The notes: generated by a model not told the origin, from the sequence alone. A stretch of 62,267 bases of DNA, filler included, from 5 parts of 5 records of this genome joined end to end with filler, not necessarily neighbours in it; one strand, 5' to 3'; shown: positions 30,158 to 39,998, numbered from the whole stretch's first letter. Made by a program: numbers and translations.

Positions 30158-30841
30158 TTATGCTGGTTTATTTTGCCACAAGAATTTACCTAAATCTATA
30201 ATACTCTCAAGTGGTGTATTATCAAACACATCGAAAACAGTATTTACAGACTTTTCAATAGCCATGTCTGTTTTTTCAAAACCTGGAGAGTTGTCTTCTT
30301 TCCAAAATTTCATTAGAAATAGCAACTGTACCCAAGTAGCTTCAGAAAATACCATCTCATTTTTCTGTAGCGCTTTTATTTTTTTACCTTCATTAGCATC
30401 AGATATTAAACCTTTGGCAAACTCCTTAACATCTTGTCGTAATTGCTTAAGTTGCTCTAAGTTTTTAAGCGGCATTTCATATTTGCTCAACACCATTAGC
30501 ACATAACTTCTATTTGCTGTAAGCATTTCAAAGAAGGTGTAATAAAATGTTAAAAGCTTCTCTCTGTTTGCATACTGTTGGTAATCCTCACTTTTATGTA
30601 ATAATGTAATGGTTAAGCTGTAAAAATCTGACCAAATGCTAGTTTCTAGATTTTTGAAGCTTGCAAAGTGCTCATAAAATTCTTGCTCTTCAAACTTATG
30701 TTCTTTACAAAACTTGTAAACAGATTTAGGATAGGTTTCTGTCATCAACACATAATCCATATAAGCAGAAACTATCGCGTCTCTTGTTGTTTTCTTAGTT
30801 TGAGTAGTTGATTTTTTTGAAGTGTTCTTTACTGTCGGCAT
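30158..30841 (-). CDS. TetR-like C-terminal-domain regulator of the flavobacterial type
   Basis: P.SVY.F.K.....E..FY..F, LL.FY.TFFE.LT.NRS and FEKTD.AIEKSV; directly upstream of the ABC1 kinase gene. Confidence 0.65.
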   Translation of the reverse strand: MPTVKNTSKKSTTQTKKTTRDAIVSAYMDYVLMTETYPKSVYKFCKEHKFEEQEFYEHFASFKNLETSIWSDFYSLTITLLHKSEDYQQYANREKLLTFYYTFFEMLTANRSYVLMVLSKYEMPLKNLEQLKQLRQDVKEFAKGLISDANEGKKIKALQKNEMVFSEATWVQLLFLMKFWKEDNSPGFEKTDMAIEKSVNTVFDVFDNTPLESIIDLGKFLWQNKPA

Positions 30842-30985
30842 AACTCTTTATTTTCTATGTAAATATACAAAATGTTTAATCATTAATAATATAAGTTAAA
30901 CAAAATAATTAATACTGATATAAGCTTTTCTAATAGAAGTAAATCAACAATCAATCCGAAGCGTTATTAGAATCAGTTAAAATTA

Positions 30986-31025
30986 TGTCAGTTTGTCACA
31001 AACCTATAGATGGTATTTTTTTTGA
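30986..31025 (+). promoter_or_regulatory. Candidate heat-shock promoter of htpG (TGTCA repeat plus sigma54-like -24/-12)
   Basis: TGTCA-GTT-TGTCA at 30986-30998; TGGTAT-TTTTT-TTGA at 31011-31025 (GG-N10-GA). Confidence 0.4.
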
Positions 31026-31095
31026 CTATTCACTTTCAGAAATTAATTAATAACCGTGTCTACGCATAGACACTTTTTTATAAAACAATTTAAAC

Positions 31096-32286
31096 ATGGC
31101 AACAGGAACTATTAATGTATCTGTAGAGAATATTTTTCCGCTTATAAAGAAATTCTTATACAGCGATCACGAAATTTTCTTACGTGAATTAATAAGTAAC
31201 GCAACAGATGCAACACTTAAACTAAAACACCTTACCGCAATTGGTGAGGCTAAAGGCGTAGAGTATGGTAATCCTCATATCGAAGTAAAGATTGATAAGG
31301 ATAACGGTACACTTCATATTAAAGACCACGGAATTGGAATGACGAAGGACGAGGTTGAAAAATACATTAACCAGGTTGCATTTTCTGGTGCCGAAGAGTT
31401 TTTAGAAAAGTATAAAGACTCTGCAAAAGATAGTGGTATAATAGGACACTTTGGTCTTGGATTTTACTCTGCTTTTATGGTTGCAGAAAAAGTGGAGATT
31501 ATCACTAAATCTTATAAAGGTGGTACAGCTGCGCACTGGACTTGCGAAGGCTCTACAGAGTTTACTCTTGAAGATGCCGAAAAGGATACACGCGGAACAG
31601 AAATTATCTTACATATTTCTGAAGATGAAAAAGAATTTTTAGAAGAAGGTCGTATTTCTGAACTATTGACCAAGTACAATAAGTTTATGCCTATACCAAT
31701 TAAATTTGGTACAAAGACAGAAACGCTTCCTAAACCAGAAGGTTTAACTGAAGAGGAAGAAAAAGACTATAAAGCTGAAACTAAAGAGGTTGATAATATT
31801 ATAAACAACCCAAATCCAGCGTGGACAAAAGCTCCAACAGAATTAGAAGAAGAAGATTACAAAGGTTTTTACAGAGAGCTGTACCCAATGCAGTTTGAAG
31901 AGCCGTTATTTAACATTCACCTTAATGTAGATTATCCATTTAACCTAACAGGAATATTGTATTTCCCAAGATTAGGACAGGATATGAACATTCAGAAAGA
32001 TAGAATTCAACTTTACCAAAATCAGGTTTTCGTTACAGATAATGTAGAAGGTATTGTACCAGAGTTCTTAACTATGTTAAGAGGTGTTATAGACTCTCCA
32101 GACATTCCATTAAATGTATCTCGTAGTTACCTACAAGCAGATGGTGCTGTAAAGAAAATATCTGCTTATATAACTCGTAAGGTTGCGGATAAGCTTAAGT
32201 CGCTATTTAACGAAAATCGTGAAGACTTTGAGAGTAAGTGGAATGACATTAAAATTGTTATCGAATACGGAATGCTTTCTGAAGAT
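31096..32286 (+). CDS. htpG: Hsp90 chaperone HtpG (3' truncated at the linker)
   Basis: LYSD.EIFLRELISNA.DA, D.GIGM, IIGHFGLGFYSAFMVA, RGT and DIPLNVSRS motifs. Confidence 0.95.
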
Positions 32287-32386
32287 NNNNNNNNNNNNNN
32301 NNNNNNNNNNNNNNNNNNNNNNNNNNNNNNTTAATTAATTAANNNNNNNNNNNNNNNNNNNNNNNNNNNNNNNNNNNNNNNNNNNN
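32287..32386. other. Artificial contig linker (switch from AT-rich to GC-rich organism)
   Basis: Same N44-TTAATTAATTAA-N44 linker. Confidence 0.97.
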
Positions 32387-32640
32387 AGCGCCACCCGCTC
32401 CGGGCCGCGCATGAAGACCGCTGTGACCGGGGTATAGGCAGAGGCGCGCGACATGGCCATGCCATAGGCCGATGATTGCTCCAGCGCCGAGCGGTCCGCT
32501 TTTGCGATCAGCTCGTCCCAGCGCCGCTGATCGACCGCGTCCCAGAGCGCGACGATACCGTCCTGCTCCTCCCCGCGCTTGTCTTTCAGTGACCGGTCGC
32601 TTTTCTCTTTGGCTTTCTGGGCTTTGGCCGCAGCCGCCAT
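32387..32640 (-). CDS. N-terminal fragment of a probable GNAT/FemAB-like protein (truncated)
   Basis: W..L.......LEQS.AYG resembles FemABX/GNAT N-termini; a GGGGA RBS-like sequence lies upstream. Tentative. Confidence 0.4.
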
Positions 32641-32681
32641 TCAAGGTTCCCCCGTCCCCGTTCCGCGGCTAGTCTTAGCCC

Positions 32682-32891
32682 ATGTCCGTGCTCGCACAAT
32701 TCAAAAAGCCGCCCGTGATTCACGGTCACCGGATTCCCGGCCGCCGCTTCACACGCTGGGCCGCGCTCTATTTCGCCGGCTTCGTCGCCCTGCCGATCCT
32801 CGGCGTCACGTTGCTGCTCGACCTGATCGGCTACCTGCTGGCGGTGAAGCTGTTCGGCGCGTCCTGTTACGGCCTGCTCTGCCTGCTCTGA
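32682..32891 (+). CDS. Small membrane hypothetical protein
   Basis: 69 aa with hydrophobic helices and a C-terminal CYG.LC; GC3-rich codons; fills the gap between flanking genes. Confidence 0.6.
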   Translation: MSVLAQFKKPPVIHGHRIPGRRFTRWAALYFAGFVALPILGVTLLLDLIGYLLAVKLFGASCYGLLCLL

Positions 32892-33803
32892 TTACTCGTC
32901 CTTGCCTTCAGGCAAATCGATCCCGGCGAGTTTCTGGAACACCTTGATGACGGCGGAATCATCCTCCGTTCCCAGCCCGGCCGCAGCCGCGCCAAGGAAC
33001 TGCTGGTGCGCCGCCGCCGACAGCGGCAACGGGAAGGTCAGCTCCTTGCCGGTCTCCAGCACGATGCCAAGATCCTTCACAAAGATATTCACGGCGCTGA
33101 GCGGCGCGTAGTCTCCATCAAGAATATGCGGCACCCGGTTATTGAACATCCAGGACGCACCGGCGGAGTTGGAGATCACCTCGAAAAGATCTGCAGGCTC
33201 TACGCCGGCGCGAATACCAAGCGCCATGGCTTCCGCCGCCGCCGCGATATGCACGCCCGCAAGCAACTGATTGATGGTCTTCACGGTCGAGCCCGGCCCG
33301 GCCTGATCGCCCAGCTGGTAAACCTTCATCGCGATGGCCTTCAGCAGGAAATCCGCTGCCTCGAATGCCTCTGGCGTGCCGGAGCCCATCACCGTCATCT
33401 CGCCGGTCGCCGCCTTGGCCGCGCCGCCGCTGACCGGCCCATCCACCATCAGCAAACCGTGCTCCGCCAGCCGGCCCTCAAGCTCCCGCGCATAGGCGGC
33501 GGGTACCGTGCTGCTGGCAACAACGACGGCGCCTTTTTTCATATGTTTGACCGCACCGGTCTCGCCGAACAGCACGCTCTCGGTCTGGGCCGCGTTGACC
33601 ACGAGAACCAGCAGCGCATCCACTTTCGATGCCAGCTCCGCCGGATTTGCCGCGCCCTTGCCGCCATGCGCCACGAAATCCGCGACGGACTCGGCGCGCA
33701 CATCCGTTCCCCAGGTCTCTATCCCGGCCGCAACAAGGGAGCGGGCCGCGCCCATTCCCATGGAACCGAGGCCGATGACCCCGGCGATACGTCCCTCAGA
33801 CAT
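32892..33803 (-). CDS. ltnD: L-threonate dehydrogenase-like NAD-dependent dehydrogenase (3-hydroxyisobutyrate dehydrogenase family)
   Basis: GLGSMGMGAA, D.PVSGG, GS.VK.INQLLAGVHIAAAAEA and SWMF.NRVPHIL.GDY.PLSAV.IFVKDLG, as in LtnD/YgbJ. Confidence 0.8.
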   Translation of the reverse strand: MSEGRIAGVIGLGSMGMGAARSLVAAGIETWGTDVRAESVADFVAHGGKGAANPAELASKVDALLVLVVNAAQTESVLFGETGAVKHMKKGAVVVASSTVPAAYARELEGRLAEHGLLMVDGPVSGGAAKAATGEMTVMGSGTPEAFEAADFLLKAIAMKVYQLGDQAGPGSTVKTINQLLAGVHIAAAAEAMALGIRAGVEPADLFEVISNSAGASWMFNNRVPHILDGDYAPLSAVNIFVKDLGIVLETGKELTFPLPLSAAAHQQFLGAAAAGLGTEDDSAVIKVFQKLAGIDLPEGKDE

Positions 33804-33812
33804 TCGTTCCCC

Positions 33813-34565
33813 CTAAATCAAACCGCCATTCACATGGATGACTTGTCCGGTAACGTAGCTCGCTTCGAGCGAGGAGAGAAAGACGATGACGGCGGCAACT
33901 TCCGCCGGCGTTCCCCGCCGCGCCATCGGAATGCAGCTCGTAAGCTCCGCGACCGCTTCCGCCGACACCGCCGCATGGGTGCCCGCGTCCTTCTCGATGA
34001 AACCGGGGGCGACCACATTCGCCGTTGCGCCAGAGGGGCCGAGCTTCAGGGCAAGCGCCCTTACGGTCGCCTCCAGTGCCGCTTTCGCGGCAGCCGTCGC
34101 GGGAAAGCTCGGAAGATCCGTGCGCCAGACATGCGGGCCGAACGCGCCAACTGCAATGGCCCGCCCGCGCCGAGAGGCCTCAAGAAGCGGCAGGGCCGCC
34201 TCCGCCATCTCGAAGAAAGACCGGGCAATCGCACCATGGGCCTGATCGAACCGCTCCACCCCGCCGGCTTCGCCGAGCGGCGCCTTGTCGGCATAACCGG
34301 CATTGGCAACAAGGATATCCATGCCGCCGAAATAATCCGCACAGGCCGCGATCAGGTCACGGCCCGCGCCCGGCTCGCCAAGATCCCGCAGGATGCATTC
34401 GGCCTTGGCGTCTTTTGCCCGCACCGCTTTAGCGACCTCTTCAAGTTTTTCGGCGTTGCGGCGCGTATGCAGCAGCACCCTGTCCCCCGGCTGCACCAGC
34501 CTGAGCGCCGTCGCCGCGCCGATACCGCTTGCCGCGCCCGTTATCAGAATTGTCCTGTTTTCCAT
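33813..34565 (-). CDS. Short-chain dehydrogenase/reductase (atypical; lacks the catalytic Tyr)
   Basis: TGAASGIG, DILVANAG, N.VAPG and SYVTGQ..VNGG; TAAAK stands in place of YxxxK. Start set at ATG 34565. Confidence 0.85.
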   Translation of the reverse strand: MENRTILITGAASGIGAATALRLVQPGDRVLLHTRRNAEKLEEVAKAVRAKDAKAECILRDLGEPGAGRDLIAACADYFGGMDILVANAGYADKAPLGEAGGVERFDQAHGAIARSFFEMAEAALPLLEASRRGRAIAVGAFGPHVWRTDLPSFPATAAAKAALEATVRALALKLGPSGATANVVAPGFIEKDAGTHAAVSAEAVAELTSCIPMARRGTPAEVAAVIVFLSSLEASYVTGQVIHVNGGLI

Positions 34566-34657
34566 ACCCGGTCCCCACACATGAAGGCGCAGAGAGTGGC
34601 ACGGAGACGGCGGCGGGTGAAAGCACTACGGAGGGCACTTCCGGGAATTTCAGCCTT

Positions 34658-35143
34658 CTAGATCCAGCGCCGGACCCGCGCCTTGTAGTCAGCATAAGCA
34701 GCACCGAAACGACGCTCGAGATAGGCTTCCTCGCGCAGAATGACGCCGTAATGCATCACGCCGACGAAACCGACGGTGGCTGTCAGGATCCAGAGCGTGT
34801 TACCGGCGAATGCCAGGCCGAACAACAGGACCACCATGGCGGCATACATCGGATTGCGGCTGACCGAAAACATTCCGCTGGTGACGATGGCGGTGGTCGG
34901 CACCCAGGGTTTCACACTGGTCCCCGCGCGCTTGAACTGGCGCTCGGCGATGATGGCGACGGCAACTGCCCCGACGACGAGGGCAGGGCCGAGATAGGTC
35001 TGCGCCCAGTCCGGCGCAAACGGCCGCGGTACAAAGATTTCCAGCACGGCGCCGAAGATAATGAAGATCAACAAAATGACCGGCGGCGGCAGGATGATGC
35101 CCGCCGTGTCCGGCGCGCCGTCGGGCTGTTGCTTCTCATCCAT
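34658..35143 (-). CDS. Isoprenylcysteine carboxyl methyltransferase/PEMT family membrane protein
   Basis: G.F..SRNPMY and EE.YL..RFG.AY.DY..RVRRWI motifs. Confidence 0.9.
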   Translation of the reverse strand: MDEKQQPDGAPDTAGIILPPPVILLIFIIFGAVLEIFVPRPFAPDWAQTYLGPALVVGAVAVAIIAERQFKRAGTSVKPWVPTTAIVTSGMFSVSRNPMYAAMVVLLFGLAFAGNTLWILTATVGFVGVMHYGVILREEAYLERRFGAAYADYKARVRRWI

Positions 35144-35190
35144 GCCTGTCCCCTTTTGTTACCGGAGACCGGCTTACCACACCTTCCGGA

Positions 35191-35775
35191 TCAGACGGTA
35201 CTGAGAGCGGCATCCTCTTCCACTATTTTCAGCCATGGCCAACGCTCCCGGTAACTCCCGCACTTGAAATCAAACTGGTGTGGTGTCGGGTTCATCGGAT
35301 TGTAGCGCAGGACACCTGCGAACATATCCTCGAAGCCGTAGGGCGCATGTACCTCACCCGCTTGCGAGATGCCGCAGCAGGTGCCCGCAACGACAAAGCG
35401 GTCAATACCGGTCCGGGATTCGGTAATTGGCGGATAGGGCACCCCGAACCGTTCCTCGAACCAGAGCGGCACCCGCGCCTGGTTGCGGATCTCGACCTCG
35501 ACCCCAAGCTCCGCGAACAGAGCCGCGCCACGCTGGATCACCGCGTCTTCCGCCTCATAGCTGGTGTCCGGGTCGTAGTAGAAAATATCGTAGTCCCGGA
35601 TATTCTCGGTCAGCGGGCGGCCGGACAGATCATTCCAGACCGTCCCGAAAAGACAGCCGGCCACCAGCCAGGTATCCTCGACACCGAGATCAGGCATCCG
35701 CTCCAGGATGATCCGGTTCGCCGGGTTGGCCAGCACCAGCGCCAAAAAACGATCCTGCAAGCTGTCATCCGTCAT
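35191..35775 (-). CDS. DUF925-like nucleotidyltransferase family protein
   Basis: WLVAGC....W, I.DYD.FY.D, E.RNQARV..W, APYG..D and RWP.L motifs. Confidence 0.85.
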   Translation of the reverse strand: MTDDSLQDRFLALVLANPANRIILERMPDLGVEDTWLVAGCLFGTVWNDLSGRPLTENIRDYDIFYYDPDTSYEAEDAVIQRGAALFAELGVEVEIRNQARVPLWFEERFGVPYPPITESRTGIDRFVVAGTCCGISQAGEVHAPYGFEDMFAGVLRYNPMNPTPHQFDFKCGSYRERWPWLKIVEEDAALSTV

Positions 35776-35943
35776 CGAACGGGCCTCTGTTTTTTGACCA
35801 TATGGAATTTATCTGATGCATCGGCACCAAAGCGCCGTCAACAGATTGACCGGAATGCCGCAGCCTGCCTAAGTGCAGGCATCACTCCATTCGATGGCCG
35901 CGCGACCGACTCCGGAAACCGGCTGAAATCAGGCACGTCCGCC

Positions 35944-36981
35944 ATGTCCATACCCGCGCCCGTCCGCCATCTCGCCAGCTTCGCCTTCGCGGCGGGAGCC
36001 GGCTGGGCATTCGCCTTTCTTGGCGTACCTCTGCCCTGGCTGCTCGGGCCCATGCTCTCGGTCGGCGTACTCAGCATGGCCGGGCTCACACTCTCCATGC
36101 CGAGAGGCGCGCGGCAAACCGGCCAGCTCCTGCTCGGCACCGGTATCGGCCTCAATTTCACCCCCACCGTCGCCGCCTTCGTGGTCGACCATATCGCGGT
36201 GATGGTGGTCTGTGCGCTCGCCTCCATCCTGTTCGGGCTGCTCTCAGCGCTCTATCTGCGCAAGGTCGCCAAGGTGGACATGGCCACCGCCTATTTCGCC
36301 AGCGTGCCCGGCGGCGTGGTGGAAATGGCGATACAGGCGACGAAGTGGGGTGGCGAGATGGCGCCGGTGTCCCTCGCCCAGTCCCTGCGCATCCTCTGCG
36401 TCGTCACCACCATCCCGACTACGCTCACCCTTATCGGGGCTGTCGGGCATTCGCCGTTCGAGGCGCAAAATCTCCCGTTCGACCTGCGGGGCTTTCCGGT
36501 CCTGGTCGCCCTCTCCCTGCTGTTCGGCGGGCTTATGGCCTGGCGCAAGATCACCAATGGCTGGCTGCTCGGCCCGCTCGCCGCCGGTGCCCTCGTCACG
36601 GTGCTGGACCTGCATCTGTCCGGCATGCCGCGTGAGCTGCTCAATCTCTCGCAGGTGCTGATCGGCTGTTTCATAGGCCTGCGTTACCGCCGCGAGCTGG
36701 TACTGCCGCTGAAGCGCTTCCTGCCCCACGCGTTGCTCAGCACACTGGTTCTGGTCGGGCTGAATGTCCTGTTCGGCATCGGTGTCGCGGAAGTAACGGG
36801 CCTGCCGGCCGCCAGCATGGTGCTGTCCGTCTCACCCGGCGGCATGGCGGAAATGAGCATCACCGCCGCCGTGCTCGAGCTCGGCGTTCCGCTGATAGCG
36901 GCCTTCCACATTATCCGGATTTTTCTGGTTATTGCCCTCTCGGGGCTTATCTTCCGCTATATTCTAAGTTCAAAGACCTAG
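35944..36981 (+). CDS. AbrB-family (AbrB duplication / putative ammonia monooxygenase) membrane protein
   Basis: Two repeats of P.PWLLGP / GWLLGP...Q..LG..IG...PGG..EM. Start set at ATG 35944, not 35278. Confidence 0.85.
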   Translation: MSIPAPVRHLASFAFAAGAGWAFAFLGVPLPWLLGPMLSVGVLSMAGLTLSMPRGARQTGQLLLGTGIGLNFTPTVAAFVVDHIAVMVVCALASILFGLLSALYLRKVAKVDMATAYFASVPGGVVEMAIQATKWGGEMAPVSLAQSLRILCVVTTIPTTLTLIGAVGHSPFEAQNLPFDLRGFPVLVALSLLFGGLMAWRKITNGWLLGPLAAGALVTVLDLHLSGMPRELLNLSQVLIGCFIGLRYRRELVLPLKRFLPHALLSTLVLVGLNVLFGIGVAEVTGLPAASMVLSVSPGGMAEMSITAAVLELGVPLIAAFHIIRIFLVIALSGLIFRYILSSKT

Positions 36982-37087
36982 GAAAACCGGTATTTTCGGT
37001 TGATCCAAAATACGATAAATGGCGTCCCCCAGCCTATCGAACTGGGCTGCCAGCACATCAAACCGGGCCTCCCGGGAGGAAAATTCC

Positions 37088-38278
37088 ATGACCGCAGCCG
37101 TCGCCGCGAACCAGTCCGGCCTCACCCTTGAGGAGCGGGCCGAACAGGAGCGCATGATCCTGGACGCCGTCGAGCGCTTTCTTGCCCGTGATGTCGCCCC
37201 TTATGCCCATGTGCTGGAAGCCCAGGATGCCTGGCCGGAGGATATCGTCGGCAAAATGGCGGAACTCGGCCTGTTCGGCGCCACCATCGGCGAGGAATGG
37301 GGCGGACTCGGCCTGACGGCCTCGACCTATACGAAAATCGTCGAGCGGGTCAGCCGGGTCTGGATGTCGATCTCCGGCATTTTCAATTCGCACCTGATCA
37401 TGGCCGCCGCGGTCGAGCGCTCCGGTACGGAAGCACAAAAGGCCACTTGGCTACCGCGCTTCGCCAGCGGAGAGCTGCGCGGCGGCATCGCCCTCACCGA
37501 ACCGGATGCAGGCACGGATTTGCAGGCCATCCGCCTGCGCGCCGACAAGGTCGAGGGCGGCTACCGGCTGAACGGCACCAAGATGTGGATCAGCAACGCC
37601 TATCACGGCCACATTCTCGCCGTGCTGGCCAAGACCGACCTGGACGCCAGCCCCCGGCACAAGGGCATGAGCCTGTTCCTGGTGGAAAAGGGCGACGGTT
37701 TCAACGTCACCAAGAAGCTGGAAAAGCTGGGCTACAAGGGCATCGATTCCGCCGGCTTCACCCTCGACGATTATTTCGTGCCGGATGCGAACCTGGTCGG
37801 CACTGTCGAGGGACGCGGCATGCAGCAAATCCTCGGCGGGCTGGAACTCGGCCGGATCAATGTCGCCGCGCGCGGCGTCGGTATCGCCCGGGCCTGCCTT
37901 GAGGAATCGGTCCAGTACTCACAGGTCCGCAAGACCTTCGGCAAACCGATCGCGGAGCATCAGGCGATCCAGCTGAAGCTGGCCGACATGGCGACCCAGG
38001 TCGAGGCCGCCCGGCTGCTGACCGAGCAGGCCGCAGCCGCTTATGACCGGGGTGAGCGCTGCGATATGGAAGCGGGCATGGCGAAGCTGTTCTCCACCGA
38101 GGCTGCCCTGCATAACAGCCTGGAGGCCATGCGCCTGCATGGTGCCTACGGCTATGCCAAGGAATACAATATTGAGCGCTATTACCGGGATGCCCCGCTG
38201 CTCGCCATCGCCGAGGGCACGAACGAGATGCAGCGCCTGATCATCGCCAAGCAACTGATCCAGCGGAACCCCGCCTGA
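37088..38278 (+). CDS. Acyl-CoA dehydrogenase
   Basis: ALTEPDAGTD, LNGTKMWISN, R.TFGKPI..HQ, HG.YGY and EGTNEMQR; GGAGG RBS before ATG 37088. Confidence 0.92.
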   Translation: MTAAVAANQSGLTLEERAEQERMILDAVERFLARDVAPYAHVLEAQDAWPEDIVGKMAELGLFGATIGEEWGGLGLTASTYTKIVERVSRVWMSISGIFNSHLIMAAAVERSGTEAQKATWLPRFASGELRGGIALTEPDAGTDLQAIRLRADKVEGGYRLNGTKMWISNAYHGHILAVLAKTDLDASPRHKGMSLFLVEKGDGFNVTKKLEKLGYKGIDSAGFTLDDYFVPDANLVGTVEGRGMQQILGGLELGRINVAARGVGIARACLEESVQYSQVRKTFGKPIAEHQAIQLKLADMATQVEAARLLTEQAAAAYDRGERCDMEAGMAKLFSTEAALHNSLEAMRLHGAYGYAKEYNIERYYRDAPLLAIAEGTNEMQRLIIAKQLIQRNPA

Positions 38279-38554
38279 GCTTATCCGGCCCGCCTCACCA
38301 CCCTGCGACGTTCCGTCGCACTGCAGCAAAGCGCCGGCTTGTCCGGCGCTTTGCACATTAGAATCAATCGAATCACCCGCTACCGCACTGCGGCATAATC
38401 GTGTACGATTTGATTCAACAGGGTTCCGGGAAGATTCCTTGCCCGGAGCGCAAACCCAGATAAAAACGAGGCAAGAATCCCGCACCGGCCCACCTCCGGC
38501 AGCTCTGCTGGGGCGGTGTGCTTCCACAAACGTAAAACAGATCCGGATAGACAC

Positions 38555-39103
38555 ATGCTTGGCAAAAAAGTTCCGTTCGTCACCTTCCGCACCCGCGTTC
38601 GCGACGACTCCATCGAAGGCCCGAACCCGTTCAAATGGGAAGACAAGACCACCGACGATTACTTCAAAGGCAAGAAGGTCGTCCTGTTCTCGCTCCCGGG
38701 TGCCTTCACCCCGACCTGCTCCACCTTCCAGCTTCCGGATTTCGAGAAGCTCTACAGCGAGTTCCAGGAAAAGGGCATCGACGAGATCTATTGCATCTCC
38801 GTCAACGACGCTTTCGTCATGAATGCCTGGGGCAAGTCCCAGGGCGTCGAGAACGTGAAACTGATCCCGGACGGCTCCGGCGAGTTCACCCGCAAGATGG
38901 GCATGCTGGTCAACAAGGACAATCTCGGCTTCGGCATGCGCTCCTGGCGCTACGGCGCGGTCGTCGATGACGGTGCGGTCGTCGGCTGGTTCGAGGAAGA
39001 CGGTTTCGAGGACAATTGCGGCACCGACCCCTACGGCGCCTCCTCCCCGCAGAACATTCTCGAGAACATCGAGACCGTTCTGAAGCGGAACGTTGCCGCC
39101 TGA
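38555..39103 (+). CDS. Peroxiredoxin (Prx5/redoxin type)
   Basis: LPGAFTPTCS, SVNDAFVMNAW and GFGMRSWRY motifs. Start set at ATG 38555. Confidence 0.92.
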   Translation: MLGKKVPFVTFRTRVRDDSIEGPNPFKWEDKTTDDYFKGKKVVLFSLPGAFTPTCSTFQLPDFEKLYSEFQEKGIDEIYCISVNDAFVMNAWGKSQGVENVKLIPDGSGEFTRKMGMLVNKDNLGFGMRSWRYGAVVDDGAVVGWFEEDGFEDNCGTDPYGASSPQNILENIETVLKRNVAA

Positions 39104-39126
39104 CCGATTTTCGAGACGAAAACAGG

Positions 39127-39153
39127 AAAGCCCGGCTTAAGCCGGGTTTTTTT
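39127..39153 (+). terminator. Intrinsic terminator
   Basis: AAAGCCCGGC-TTAA-GCCGGGTTTTTTT. Confidence 0.85.
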
Positions 39154-39412
39154 GTGTCTCAGGTTGCCTCGCAGCCTCCAACTATCCATCAAAAACACTC
39201 ACAGTATGTAGCGGACTGGTGGCAACGCCACTGAGCACCAATTTCCCCACGTCCCGCACGGGCGCCAAAATTAACACACTCAAAATGCGTAAAATGATCT
39301 GCATTTTTTACTATCATTAAGATTCGAATATCATTTTAATTTTCCCCTTCAGTTGAGTGAATTTTTATGACGCGCTCATTTCGGGAGCGATGATCAAAAG
39401 AAAGAACCAACA

Positions 39413-39898
39413 GTGGGACTCTATACCGGCTATTCCCTTGAGCCCGGCACAACGGTCTATTACACGACCGAACTCCCCTGGTATTTTCCCTTTTACGGCT
39501 TTTACGAGGTCAGCGAGTCCCAGAAATCAGCCACCGAAGCAATATTCGAGGCCTGGGACGACGACCTCTCCATCGATTTTGTCGCGACGTCGGATTACGA
39601 CACAGCAGACATCATCGTCCTCCGGAACCCCATCGACGGCAGAGGCGGTGTGCTTGGTCAGTACGCGCCCGAGGATCCGGACGGGGACGGCATTGTTTCC
39701 GGCGGCTATGACGAAGGCTACGCCTTCATCCAAATGGACTATGCCGACGATGCCTATTTCATCCCGACGCTGCACCATGAGGTCGGGCACGCACTGGGGC
39801 TTGACCATGATGAAACACCCGGGAGCGCGATGAATACCTACCTGGATGGCAGCGAAACCATTACCGCCTACGACATCGCCAAGGCAGCCGAGCTTTAC
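39413..39898 (+). CDS. Matrixin/M10-family zinc metalloprotease (truncated at the linker)
   Basis: HEVGHALGLDH (HEXXHXXGXXH), Met-turn SAMN, plus ADI and DG.GGVLG motifs. Confidence 0.8.
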
Positions 39899-39998
39899 NN
39901 NNNNNNNNNNNNNNNNNNNNNNNNNNNNNNNNNNNNNNNNNNTTAATTAATTAANNNNNNNNNNNNNNNNNNNNNNNNNNNNNNNNNNNNNNNNNNNN
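39899..39998. other. Artificial contig linker
   Basis: Same N44-TTAATTAATTAA-N44 linker. Confidence 0.97.

Noticed and set aside
31041-31051. AATTAATTAAT upstream of htpG resembling the linker core
   Set aside because: No flanking Ns; ordinary AT-rich leader sequence.
32200-32500. Abrupt AT-to-GC shift as a genomic island or horizontal-transfer boundary
   Set aside because: It coincides exactly with an artificial linker and htpG is cut mid-gene, so these are different organisms.
32335-32644. ORF-track entries that read into X runs (also 39943-40248 and the ends of 20340-24146, 31096-32334, 39413-39946, 48854-49282, 49283-50089)
   Set aside because: The coordinates extend into linkers. I trimmed them to real sequence or discarded them.
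33006-34661. 551-aa plus-strand ORF
   Set aside because: Arg/His/Gly-rich antisense shadow of ltnD and the SDR in high-GC DNA; no motifs.
35278-35943. Apparent 222-aa N-terminal extension fused to the AbrB-family protein
   Set aside because: It overlaps the nucleotidyltransferase gene in antisense; the family-like sequence starts at ATG 35944.
38355-38420. Possible OxyR site or palindrome (AATCGT-GT-ACGATT) upstream of the peroxiredoxin gene
   Set aside because: It is a poor match to the ATAG-N7-CTAT repeat pattern and too weak to call.
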